DNA from: Marsupella aquatica
Lineage: Eukaryota; Plantae; Marchantiophyta
Direction of reading: 5' to 3'
Length of the DNA: 64,000 nt
Assembly: GCA_973895155.1 (NCBI GenBank)
Contig: OZ316893.1
Coordinates: 9,549,839-9,613,838 of the forward strand
Part shown: positions 47,480 to 58,733 of the stretch, piece after piece
Position numbering within the stretch: the first letter of the stretch is position 1
How the letters are laid out: the number at the start of each line of letters is the position of its first letter
Program-made: the position numbers and the translations under genes
The notes under the pieces: model-generated
Told to the model about the DNA's origin: nothing
What the model saw: only the letters and a program-made list of their open reading frames with translations
The model's database searches: none

Positions 47480-48154
47480 ATGCCGACAAGGACTTCAAAC
47501 ATAAAGAAAGCAACACAGTCCTCTGACAGAGGAGCCTCTTTGGAAGAGGTATTGCGTATTCCGTTGTTCTCTGAGCAAGAGATTCTACAAACTAGCCCTC
47601 ATGTTTGTGCAATTTGTGAGCATGGTGGGAAGTTGGTAATTTGTGATGGGCCATGTCACAGGCAATTTCATTATGTGGTTGGAGATGAAGCCCCTAATGA
47701 CTCTTGCCCCTGTGTAGTCCTTCCCCTCCATCATGGAGGGAAGCCATGGTTTTGCCCAAATTGTAACCAGGACCAGGCCATGTGTTATGGGTGCCGCACT
47801 GTGGGACCGTCACCTACAATTGTGCGAAAATGCTCTGATCGTTTTTGTGTACGATTTTATTGCTTTGGGTGTTTGGTAGCTGATGCAAAGTCCTGCCCAC
47901 TGCATACATGTGTGACATGTTATCAGAGTCTTGAGGGTCAGATGGTCAAGAACATGGTACAATGTCTACGATGTCCAAATGCCTGGCATACAGATTGTCT
48001 CCAGATGATCAAAAGCAAAGGGTTCGCTCATGATAGGGACATCTGGGACCATGAAGCACATGGACAACAGCGACAGATGTTTTATTGCCCCCGTCATCCT
48101 ATTGATCCACACCTCAAGACTCCAATCAGGGACCACATTTCATGGCTCCAATGA
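47480..48154 (+). CDS. EDM2/NSD-type tandem PHD finger protein (cargo of the P-like element)
   Basis: VCAICEHGGKLVICDGPCHRQFH..WFCPNC..CPLHTCVTC..QCLRCPNAWH..YCPRHPIDPHLKTPIRDH parallels the EDM2 triple-PHD region as recalled, including its C-terminal H-x-ID...TPxRDH. Confidence 0.85.
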   Translation: MPTRTSNIKKATQSSDRGASLEEVLRIPLFSEQEILQTSPHVCAICEHGGKLVICDGPCHRQFHYVVGDEAPNDSCPCVVLPLHHGGKPWFCPNCNQDQAMCYGCRTVGPSPTIVRKCSDRFCVRFYCFGCLVADAKSCPLHTCVTCYQSLEGQMVKNMVQCLRCPNAWHTDCLQMIKSKGFAHDRDIWDHEAHGQQRQMFYCPRHPIDPHLKTPIRDHISWLQ

Positions 48155-48649
48155 TCTGAATAATGAACAAACCTATTACTTAGGTTTCAACGTCTTAGTG
48201 GGGTATGAGCAAGGCACATACTTAAGGTGCATCATGGGTGGTAGTACCCAATTTTATTAGTGTTGACATTTTGTCATAATTAAGGTCACTAATAGTGCTG
48301 CATTTTGATGAGCAGAAGCACTAAACTTCGGGAATTGTTAGAAAAGCAGGCGAAAAGGATATTTTGTCCAAAGATATTTTATCCAACTTTAGCGGTATAT
48401 CATGATTTTCACTGAATACATTTGCATGTATGATGGATTGCATTATAAAGTGTTTTGGCCTATTAGCACTTCTATTGTTAAATGTATGCTGACATTATGT
48501 ACATTACATGAGAATGTGTATGTTGTCATTGCATCTCTTGAAGATCCTAATGTGTTTCCCTTGTGTGTATTTCAAATGTATTTGTGCAGGTCTTTCTGTT
48601 ATCAACTCCAAAAGCAATGGTGCTATGCATGTTCTAGATTTGTATTGCA

Positions 48650-51600
48650 ATGGCAGCCCCTAAACCCAACTCTGTTAAATTAATACGCAAAGTTGGGGAT
48701 GACAAGGCTGATTTACCAATTTGTGTTTTGTCATTCAAAGAAGGACACACCCTACATGATTTTAGGGCTCGTATTGCCTCTACTCTAGACTTTGACTTTG
48801 ATTTTTGGGATGAGAGACTTCCTGGTCGAGTGAAACTTGTACATGAGAAATTAATTGATCTGTCTGAGCTGGATGGAAGAGTTATTGTTGTACAACAAGA
48901 ACTTGGAGATGGTGGGAGGATCCCACCAGTACCCTGTCATCCTTGCACTCCTGCATCATTGGGTCCAAATACTGGGACACCACAACTGGGGCCAACGGCA
49001 CTAGCACCCTCCCCTGTAAGGGCTTCTTTTGAGTCACAATTGATGGGAGATGTCCCATCAAAGCTATGGAAAGATGAGTGGATGAGGTTAGAGAAATGGG
49101 TACATAAGAAGGGTTATGGTGATCACAATTGGAGAATTCGTACCTGGGATGAGGGGACAGATGTTCGAGGGCATCTGGAGTGTCTTGAATGTAGGGAAAC
49201 TTATGGCAATGCAGACAACTCTCAGAACCCTAAATCCATCTCCAATTGCTTTAGTAATTTTAAGACCAAACACTTGGTCTTCAATAAGCACAAGGATAAC
49301 TATTGTCGGAGAAGGGGCATTCCTTCTACTTTGGTTCAGGTAGCAGACATCTCTGAGAAGCCAGAATATGATCATGCAGACGCCATCAAAGTAGGTGTTG
49401 AGATAGTTCAACGATTGAATGCTGAGCTTGGGGATGATGGCAAACTATTCTCTATTGTTCCTGATCCCAGTACTCCTGAGTATGTAAACAGGTCTTTCCT
49501 GTTTAAGGTTCGATGTACTGTCTGTGGAATGCTTCACACTGACTTGTGCCCCAAGAAGCTTACCTTGGAGCCCAATTTGAGGACACACTTAGTGAGTCGA
49601 GATCACTTGGATGCATTGGAGACTAGGCATGACACAAAAATGCTTGCCTTGAGGTCTGGGAAGAGGGGCAGGCCAAAGAGGACTGATTCTAGGGACCTAC
49701 ATCCTGGTCAGAGCGGGATTTTGAAGTTCTTTAAAGATGATGGGTCCCGGACAGGCAGCAGTTCAGGTTCAGGTTCAGGTGTGTGTGAATCTGTTGATCT
49801 TGGTCTGAGTTTGCTTTGCTGGGGATTATGGGTAGAGAGAGGTGTGCCTCGACTGTTATGGAAGGGTATATCTTATGATATTTCTGGCATTTTAGATGAT
49901 CAGTCTGGGGGAATTACATGGCATTGTGAGCCAAGTTGTTGCTTGGATGTTTTCCATCCAAGTAGAGAGAGTGTTGTGAGTATAGCAGGCTGTTTTAGAC
50001 ACAAGGATTGCTTGAGGTTATCACAGAATGGAGGAGGATTTGAAAATCTAACTTGTAGTGAATGTGATTCTATAACACTAGAAGATGATTTTCGTGGACG
50101 GGTGCACAGGGAAGCGGAAGCAGTAGTCCACAGAGGGAGCCGAACCACTGCTGGTGGTATACGTTTGGATTATTTGACCAACACAGAGTTAAGAGATCAA
50201 GTGCACAACCTGAACTCTGTGCGACGAAAAGAGCGTTGGTTGTTAGCTTTGCAGGCTCAGAAAGTATGTGCCTTGAGCACCAGGAAACGAAAACTAGAGG
50301 AGTTGTTAGGAGTTGCAGCAGACAGGAAGGATTTGAGATTGTTTCTTAGGAGTATTTTGAATGGACACAGGAATGGTGCATTTGGTGGTAAGGAGGGTTT
50401 GTGGGATTTCTTGAAGGATGTAGCTCGCAATTTAGGCAGGAAGCCAAAAGGTAATCGTTACAGTAATAGGACTCGAGCTATTGCTCAGGCTATGTTCCAA
50501 TTTGGGGGCCGTCAAGTTGCTCATTGTTTTGCACGAAACTTGACAGCCCCTAGCCTTGTGACCCTAAAACGTGATAGAGCAAAACTCACACCTTTTCGAA
50601 CCGGGTTACGGAAGGAAACCTTTCAGGAGATTGCTAGAGTGTTGTCTGCTGCAAAGCACTCATTGGGCATTGAGGGGGATGTGCCTGTTATCTTTGCTGA
50701 GGATGAAACAAGGATCAAAGAACGCCCTAGGTAATTGGAACTGGACATTTTTCCAATTGTTTTTTTAATGACTTTACAAGTAGCACTTGGCTGGAATTGC
50801 TGTGATATTGAAAAATTGCATGTCTGTGTTTCAGGTGGGAGGCAAAGTATGATACTCTCATTGGTTTCTGTGGACCTTCAGAGCAGCATGTATGCTCCTA
50901 TGGTTTGGAAATTCTAGTTGGTGAAGGTGATGAGGGGTATGATAAAATTGTAAGTACATTTGAACAATGCCCCAAGTGCATGTATGCCCGAGTTGTGATT
51001 GTGAATCCTCTGCATGAGTCCTTACCTAAATTGGCTGTGTGTGCACTTCCAACTTGTAATAAGTTCACAGCTTCTTGGGTACGAGAGCATTGGGTCCAGT
51101 TAAAGGCTTTTTGGGATGAATATTGTAGAGCTATGGTAGGCCCTTTGCTTGGACATGCTAGTGATGGTGATGCACGTCGCCGAAAGCTGATGCTGGAAGA
51201 TTACAGAGGGCAGAATGGATCATACCCAAGGTACGGAGTTGGGTGGGAAGGGTGGACATACTCTATTTCAATTCTACCAAATGGAGATTTGTATGGCTTT
51301 GGTGACCAAGACCAACCTCATAATGGGAAAAAGATGATAAACCCCTTAGACAGAGTGTCTTCTTTACTGGTGCTAGGAGATCAACATGCATCTTTATCTT
51401 ATGTAGCTAATGTCTACAATCATTATCCAATTCATGAACATGGCATGGCTTGGGATGATGTGAATAGGACTGACCGGCAGAATTGGGCAGGTCCACAACG
51501 AATAGCAGCAAGAAGAGTGCAGCAATGTCTGAAAGATATGTATGAGAGGAGAGATGTACAACATGAACGAAGTTTAGGAACTCAGTTGTACTTGGAGATT

Positions 51601-53226
51601 TGTGCAGATTACTTAGATATTTTCTTTTCTCCAGTTCATGATTTGAGGTCCCGTATTGTGTTAGCATCCAAGGTTTCATTCTTTCTACGTTTGTGGAGAT
51701 TGTGGTTGAGGTTTGGTGACCATTCAGTGGGTGGGAACTTTGCAGCACACACTGAGAAAGACATGATGTCTATTCAGGCTTTTCATGATGTTAACATGTC
51801 ATGTCATTTCATTGTGCTATTAATTTGTGCCTTTCGAGATAAGTTCCCACATCTAGGTGTTCCCTTCCACTTGCTAGGTTCAGATTGTTGTGAGATTTTC
51901 TTCAGCAAGGTAGGAGGCATGAGTGGCCATGAGCGGAATTATGATTTTGGCTCTCTATTGGATAGTGCTGTTGGACTGAACCGGCTTGCTGCCCTAGAAT
52001 ATGGACCAGAAGGCTTGAAGATAGGTCGTTCACATAAGAAACAAGATCATGTATGGGGGAAGATTCATCCTATAGGGGAAGGGGAGGAAGCACCAAATCT
52101 ACTTGACTATTCTCTCATTGAGACTAATGAATTAGTGGTTGCAGCCCTTAAAGAAGGTTTTGTTGCTGCTAAGGATCTTATGCATCAATTGCAGATGTCT
52201 CCACGAAGTTCCTTACCAGCAGCTAGAAAGAGATGGTGGACATGTCCTTGGGTTGTGGAAAGTGAGACCTGGCCACTAGAGGTGGTTCTGAAGGAAGCAA
52301 TTGTTTGCAATGATTCTGAGGAGCAAGTAGAGCACCAACCACCAGACATAGGTCCTCGCCCAACTGGAGATTTTCATGAATTGGAAGATCCTGAGGATGA
52401 TCTGAATAGAATAGATGCATGGTTAACAGAACCAGATCCCATTGTTGTTCCTGAGATGCATTCAGATGATGTACACAGAGATGATATACAGTTTGATGTA
52501 GACCCCTCAGATGAGCTTGAGACATTAGGTCATGAAGTTCGGCATGTGTTTGGATCAGTTGTCCATGCTGTAACTAATGTACAGAATCGTACCAAGGTAG
52601 TGCCTACTGTTACTTATGAAGGCAAGGTGATTTACAAATCCACTCTGGTAAGCCAGTTGGTAGGAAATCCGCATTTGTCAAAAGATAGGCTGACAAGGGT
52701 GAAACAAGTGCTATACTATAGTACTGGCAAGAGAAAAGTGCAAGAAGTCAATCCTAACTCATGTTTTGTTGATGTTGGCACTGATTGTGCAATTGCATTT
52801 GAGTCTGATGATAGTCCTGCTCCAAGTACTAGATCTGGAAAAAGAAAGGGAGGAAAGAATAAGGTTGTGGTGGAGGCAATCTCAGCAGGTAAGAAATATT
52901 TTTGGTTGGGTCGGATTGTCCAAATGAGACAGAAGTATGGCAGTAGGTGGGGCAATTGTCGGTCACCAATTGATTTGATGGATAGGCCAACTCCACTTGC
53001 AGGGCAATCAGGTAACATTTGTGAACTGTTGTTAAATTGGTATAGTCCTATTGGTAAGAGCAAAAGTGAATTCAGATATGATACCACTGATTTGAAATGG
53101 ATGGATATTGAAATGGTCATTGCTAGTGTTAGTTTAACCATGAAAGAAGGGGTTATGGATCGTATCTATGTGTTGGATCCAATAGATAGACGTGCTTTGG
53201 ATCAGTATCTTCAAACAATGGTATGA
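48650..53226 (+). CDS. P-element-superfamily transposase, two exons (48650-50730 and 50835-53226), ~1490 aa, intact
   Basis: Splicing the GT-AG intron 50731-50834 gives AEDETRIKERPRWEAKYDTLIGF, then ASDGD, DQPHNGKK (D-x2-H), DRQNW and SDCCEIFFSKV. The N-terminus has two zinc-finger-like motifs and an AT-hook (KRGRPK). Confidence 0.85.
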
Positions 53227-56200
53227 ATATCATGTTACTGTTTAGTTTTTGAGAGTCTGTATATATGTTTTATTTTGTTGTTTAGTTTTTGAGAGTCTGT
53301 ATATATGTTTTATTTTGTTAATATTAGTGGGTGTAGTGGGATAGGATAGGGGGTGACGGATTGGCAACTTGAGATCCTTTCTCAATTAGGGGTTCAATTC
53401 CCCTCCGTCACATGTTACATCTCTCAACATAAGTTTTAAATGGAGTATGGATGGAGCATGGGATTGGTGATCAATGGGTGGAATGGATTATTTATGTTGT
53501 GACCTTAAAGGCCATCCCACTTATGCACGTAAGGTTTATATTGGGATGACCTTTTAGGTACACAATATAAATGATGCATTGAAATGATCAAAGTTTAAGG
53601 TCGACAAAGGTGCAAGAACTGTTGCAGGGCGTGCCATGTCTGACATACGACTTCACAAGGTACTGACATAGACTTATCTTTTCTTTCTAGGCATTTTATA
53701 TTGATATGTGACACTTTACTTCACAAATTATAGGGGCAATACAATTTGGATTTTAGACTCTTAGAAGAAAGAAAGAGGGAGGAAAAAAAAATTTCAACTT
53801 AATAAGTATGGGGGTCTAGGCATGAAAACGTCGCAGGTGATGGGGGGGTCCTCCATATAGTGAGACCCCCGAGGATGCAAAGAATGTAGGAGTTGTGAAG
53901 AGCTGTTGGATATCAGGTACATGATAAAACATCGATCAACCCTTAATTTGTAAGAAGTTGCCCGGATTTGCCTGAAACCCCAAACCCTAACAAGTTGATT
54001 CTCTTTAATTATTGGACAGCACGTACTGGGGTGACACCACCAACCCCTTGGATTTTGCCTCGAGACATTCTGAAGGATGTGAATGGGATGATTTGTGAGA
54101 TGAAGTTCCCGAGCCATTACGGAGCTGGATTCCGTGGGTGCACAACGAGGAATGAGTACATCCCCCCGATAGGGTTGAAGTCCCACGATTATCACAAGTT
54201 GATACAGCATGTGCTCCCTGTAGTGTTGCGTTGTTGCGATGATTCTAGAGAGCGCCACCTACTCCGACTCACAGTGTACGAGTTGTGCTCCATTTTCAGA
54301 TTGGAAATATCTTACTCGTGGATTTTGTGGTGTTATGGGACCATAAATTTATGGTGTCTCAAACGACATTCTAGAGAGGATACGTAGTCTCTTAATACTT
54401 TACGTCGTCTATAACTAGGTAATGTAAAAATACGACGCCCCATACGACGTATTCAAGGTCGTATAAGTCACCCCTCTTCAGGAACGTCCTGCAGAGCGAC
54501 GTTTGTAGGAATCTTAGTAGAGGGAATGTTAGTAGGCATTGAATTGGTAACCATCTTAGCCCACTTTCAGATTGGGCGGTGATATTTATTCCTGTCATGT
54601 TTTTGAGTGCCTCATAGGTGGGTATGTGCCAAGGAGATCAAGGAGTCAGAGATTCCTTTGATGAGGGAGAGGACGGTGCAAGTGATGTGCAATTTGGAGC
54701 GAGTGTTCCCCCCAGCACTGTTTGACATGCAAATGCATTTGCTATGTCACCTGGTGGATGAAGTTGCCATTGCAGGCCCAGTCCATGCCCGATGGATGTA
54801 TTGGGTTGAGCGATATATGAAGGTGCTCAAGGGTTGGGTGCGTCAACCCGCTCGACCTGAGGGAAGTATGGCAACAGGGTTCATTATGTCAGAGTGTCTT
54901 TTCTATTCCGGGGGGGGGGGGGTGATAGGGAGTTTGGATAGCAAAGCTCCCACAACTTGGGAAGAGGCACAAGATGATGACAATGGTGGGCTGTGATTGA
55001 TGGGTGCGGCCAAGAAGCGATCATTGGATGATGACATCTTTCGTCGACAGATCCATAATTATGTGTTGGGGAATCGACCGGAGATGTCTGATTGGAGGGA
55101 GATGTATAGGTATGGTACTCTAAAATTTTAATCGATTGTGAATTGGATTTGAGAAAGCTGCAAATCTCTAACAATCTTGTGACAACGTATTTGGCAGTGC
55201 ATGGTTGGAGCTTCAAGTGGGAGTTGCGCAAGCAGGTCGTGGCATTGCATCATTTTGTGTCTGGGCTTTGGAGCGCATGGAGAGGCTCTTGGCTGTGCAT
55301 GGGTCTACATCCATTCCCATTGATGTACAAAACATCATTAGAGGGCCAGGGATGCGGGCCACGACTCATACACACATGTATGAGTCAGGGCATCACTTTC
55401 GGACTTGGAGGACAGACCATATGAAGAAGAGTACTTGTAACTCTGGAATCTTCATGATGACTGATGTAGATGATGTAGAGGTTCCTTATTGTGGGACAGT
55501 TGTGGACATTTTAGATGTTCATTTTGGGTCATTTGTCACCACTGTACTAGAGGTGAGGTGGCACAAGTCAATCATGTCACCCCCAGCGAGAGCTACGATG
55601 GTTGCGGATGAGTGTGGTTTTTATCGCGTGGACACAACCCAAGTTGCACCCACAGGGACTGAGTTTAGTGACACCATAGTTTTTCCTAGCCAGGTGGATC
55701 AGTGCATTATGGTTCCGATGCAGACCATGAGAGGATGGTCCATTGTCATACCAATTTTCCCTCGGCGAAGGAAGGGCTTCATGGCATCAGTCCTTGCAGA
55801 CGATGCGGACTGACACTATCCTTCACACCCTCCATAATTTATATGTATTGGCTATGCCCACCTTCCACATATATATTGACATATGTTTCGACGTTTGAGA
55901 TCTGGCAAACTGGAGGGAGAGTTGTGCAAAGTTTCTTCTTTCCTCACTTTATAGCTAAGAACACATTAAAAAGCATTAAACCTCGGCCTTCGAACAACCT
56001 TCAATGGGTCCTAGCACGTAAACCCTTATCACGTAGGCCAATTGACACTTTGAACTTATTAACGTCAACCTCAACGTCATTAGACAATCAAAGGTCGCTT
56101 ATACCCATAATGAAGACGTTAATCTATAGTTACATCGTAGATACATTGTACAAAAGACCTATACATAGTACGTCCTTGGTTTACCATGTAGTAGAGGACG

Positions 56201-56452
56201 TAGATTGTGTTACCGTGTCTTAAACGACGTAAACGTTTATTTAACCATTCTTCTGATGACGTTCAAAGTTTCAATCGATGTTACTCACAAAACACATTAC
56301 AAATATAAATTGCTTGGGAGGGACTTTTTATTCATGCGCTCAGAAACATACAACGTGCACATAAGGCATGAGTCTGACTCCAGTCTAAACTGATTCCAAT
56401 CCTAGGCAAATGATGCTCCTCCGTCTCCAACTGACCTTGGCACTAGTGTAGC

Positions 56453-57013
56453 TTAAGGGGTCCCTTCACCAGACCAGTAGTACTCCTCATCTGCCTTCCT
56501 CTTTTTGTACGAATCACGCCTATTGCTGGCGTTCCATTTCTTGCGGACCACTGCTTCCCCAACCTTCAGCCTTTCAGCCTCAATCTCAACTGCACAGCTT
56601 TCCTTGTAGTCATACATCACAATATCAAGTTCAGTCGGTGACAACTGACATTTAGCCAACTTTGGTGGACAAGCCTCACCATCATCATCCTTGGGCATAT
56701 CATCCAGCATCAAATCGTCCCCTGGATGCAGCAAAAACTCTTCTGGGTCCAACTCCTTATTGCCCAAAATGGAGTACTGTACCCAACAAATCGAGATGAA
56801 ATGCACAGACTCTGCAAAGTGCTCGATCAATCCACGATAGTCACTGAAGTGCTCTGTGACTTGTTTCCAGGTATTGGCAAGCAAGTATTCCGTCTTTGAG
56901 TTACAAAACTTGTCTATCACACCTCCACGACAAAAAAAGCCACGAACAGTCTTGTCTTCTTCACCTAGCGGAAGAAAACAACAGTGGACATCCTTGAATA
57001 TCTTACGCACCAT
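56453..57013 (-). CDS. BRCT-domain protein (CACTA cargo)
   Basis: IFKDVHCCF..G..GGVI..TEYLLA..ISICWVQYSI...LDPEEFLL fits the BRCT pattern (F..GG..T.hh..W..S). The ORF is intact, with a basic NLS-like tail. Confidence 0.65.
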   Translation of the reverse strand: MVRKIFKDVHCCFLPLGEEDKTVRGFFCRGGVIDKFCNSKTEYLLANTWKQVTEHFSDYRGLIEHFAESVHFISICWVQYSILGNKELDPEEFLLHPGDDLMLDDMPKDDDGEACPPKLAKCQLSPTELDIVMYDYKESCAVEIEAERLKVGEAVVRKKWNASNRRDSYKKRKADEEYYWSGEGTP

Positions 57014-58082
57014 AGCTGAAGACTTTCAATCTCACTCTGCAAATTCTGTGCACTATCGTACCCGTAGGACATCTGAAATCATGAATGACCTATGCAGTGA
57101 GGTCCCAGTAGCCTTGCCCCAAAAACTCCCGCAAAAAACCTTACGCATGCCAATTGGATTCCATTAACGTCGCTGCCCACATTGGTCATATACGTCTAAC
57201 ATCGCCCAACATCCATTATACGTCGTCATAGCATAGTATCCGTTATAGCCACGTCTGAAACAATGTACATCTATACGTCGACCCAACCCTATTCTGCTAC
57301 ACCGTCTGGGACGACGTCTACATGTTTGCCTCGTTATAAAAGACGTTAATAGCCCTATTGGGAGATACATTAAATTAAAGACCCTCTAGACGACGTAAAA
57401 TGGGAAGGAAAGTCAAATGGGTAAACCCATTTTGGGTTACGACATAGAGGGAGATGTACTGGGGAGTAACGTCGTGTCACATGACGCGAAAGGAAGTCAC
57501 GACGTAGTGAAATGTAGTTGTGTCCTTTCCAAAGCACTGACCACTGTTAGGGCATGCATCTCAAATATGTTGAGCATTGACGACAATCGCAACGGCAAGC
57601 CCATGAACCATCCAACACATAAGTATCGACATCGAGAGATACGTGGTTCACCTACACATAAGGCTACGTCCACGGGAACACATAAGAGCTTTACTGCACT
57701 CTAGGCCGACCGGCCACACCAAGTATTCACAACACAAGCTCTCCCTATCTCTCAATTGGCTCCATTACAATGAGCTTGAGTTCCCACTCTCCAAGCAAAC
57801 ACTGCTTGGGTATAGTGTGTGCACAACATGACTAACCTAACATAGTCTATGACTAAGGTTAGCCCTAACTACGGTACAGTCGTTACTCTAGACCTAAGAG
57901 TAAATCCTAACAAAATATATGTAGGTGCATGCAAGACATTGTTTCAGCCATCCGCATTACTTAGGCTTGAGCGGCTGCGGCTGAACTAGGTCTGCATACT
58001 TTGGTTGTGGTATCGATATGACCGTTTCTTGTTACTGTTTTGGTCCAAAGGGTCAAAGTCATGACAAACTCATAGTTTGAAA

Positions 58083-58733
58083 CAACTTTTTACCTCGGGG
58101 GTCTCACTTCCACAAAAATGGCATATCACGTGCGACGAAGGATAGGGTCATTTTATTGGTTCTAAGCAAGGGAAGACTTAAGAATTTTTGTAGAAGAACA
58201 ATAGGGTCTTTTAAATTCAATTTTGAGACTTATAAGAACATTAGGGTCTTTTTAATCCAATTTTTAGAATATTCCAAGAATATTCCAACTTTATAGGGGT
58301 TAAAAATAAATTTTTTTTCTTACATTTTAGAGGGTCCGAGGCCTAAAAACGTCGCAGGCGATGGGGAGGTCCCCATATAGTGAGACCCCCGAGCTTTTTA
58401 CTAACCTATCCCCCAAATTACCCAATTAATATTGCTAACATGCCCCAAAACAAAATCAATTATCAACATGTCCCGCTTTTTGTATTTGTGTTAATATTAA
58501 CTTGTAACTATACGGGTTTCCATTGCCATGTGGCAAGTTGCTACGGGATAGCATGAGCCCACCGCAACATCCCTTGGCCCCCCCCCCCTCCTCAGCCCCA
58601 CTTGGCTACACGAACCCATATACGAGTTAATATTAACCAATATACAAGACGAGGGACAAGTTGATAATTAATTTTGTTTGGGGGACATGTTAATAATATT
58701 GGGTAGTTTAGGGAACAGGTTAGTAAAAAGCTG
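58083..58733. mobile_element. Foldback MITE (Mutator-like) with a P-like MITE nested in its left TIR
   Basis: Long imperfect inverted arms (ctttttactaacc..aaaacaaaat..tatcaac..gtccc versus gggac..gttgata..ttttgttt..ggttagtaaaaag); flanks tagtttgaaa/tagttttgaaa resemble a ~10-bp TSD. Confidence 0.7.
58094..58393 (+). mobile_element. MITE of the CTCGGGGG (P-like) family
   Basis: Same 15-bp TIR as 44158-53873; perfect 8-bp TSD ctttttac. Confidence 0.95.

Larger units (their letters stand above)
44158..53873 (+). mobile_element. Autonomous P-element-like DNA transposon (9.7 kb)
   Basis: Perfect 15-bp TIR CTCGGGGGTCTCACT; perfect 8-bp TSD gatgcaaa (44150-44157, 53874-53881); subterminal atcac(g/c)tgcgacg at both ends; splits a CACTA transposase exon. 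Confidence 0.93.
40168..55813 (+). pseudogene. CACTA Tnp2-family transposase, multi-exon, interrupted by the P-like element
   Basis: Exon 1 has an RS-rich region plus CPCSRC..HL. Later exons: IHMCPHGCILYR..C..RY; VLRYFP..RL; DSPAWKHID..PRNVRLGLAIDG; LDPMHIEVNV. After the insertion: LKSHDYH, FPP..FDMQMHL..GPVHARWMY.ERYM, PEGSMA, YCGTVVDIL..DECGF. Confidence 0.92.
36529..58037 (+). mobile_element. Large CACTA (EnSpm) element with SET and BRCT cargo; boundaries approximate
   Basis: Tnp2-type transposase exons at 40168-55813 and a divergent TnpA-like gene. ACGACGT/AACGTC repeats occur throughout its non-coding parts (36.7-57.5 kb). Only imperfect TIR candidates were found: gtaactaaaacggt (36529) and accgtttcttgttactg (58021-58037). 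Confidence 0.7.

Noticed and set aside
44158-53873. hAT assignment from the 8-bp TSD
   Set aside because: No hAT motifs (CxxH, TRWNS, C-terminal dimerisation ERxFS) were seen; D-x2-H and the other motifs fit P better.
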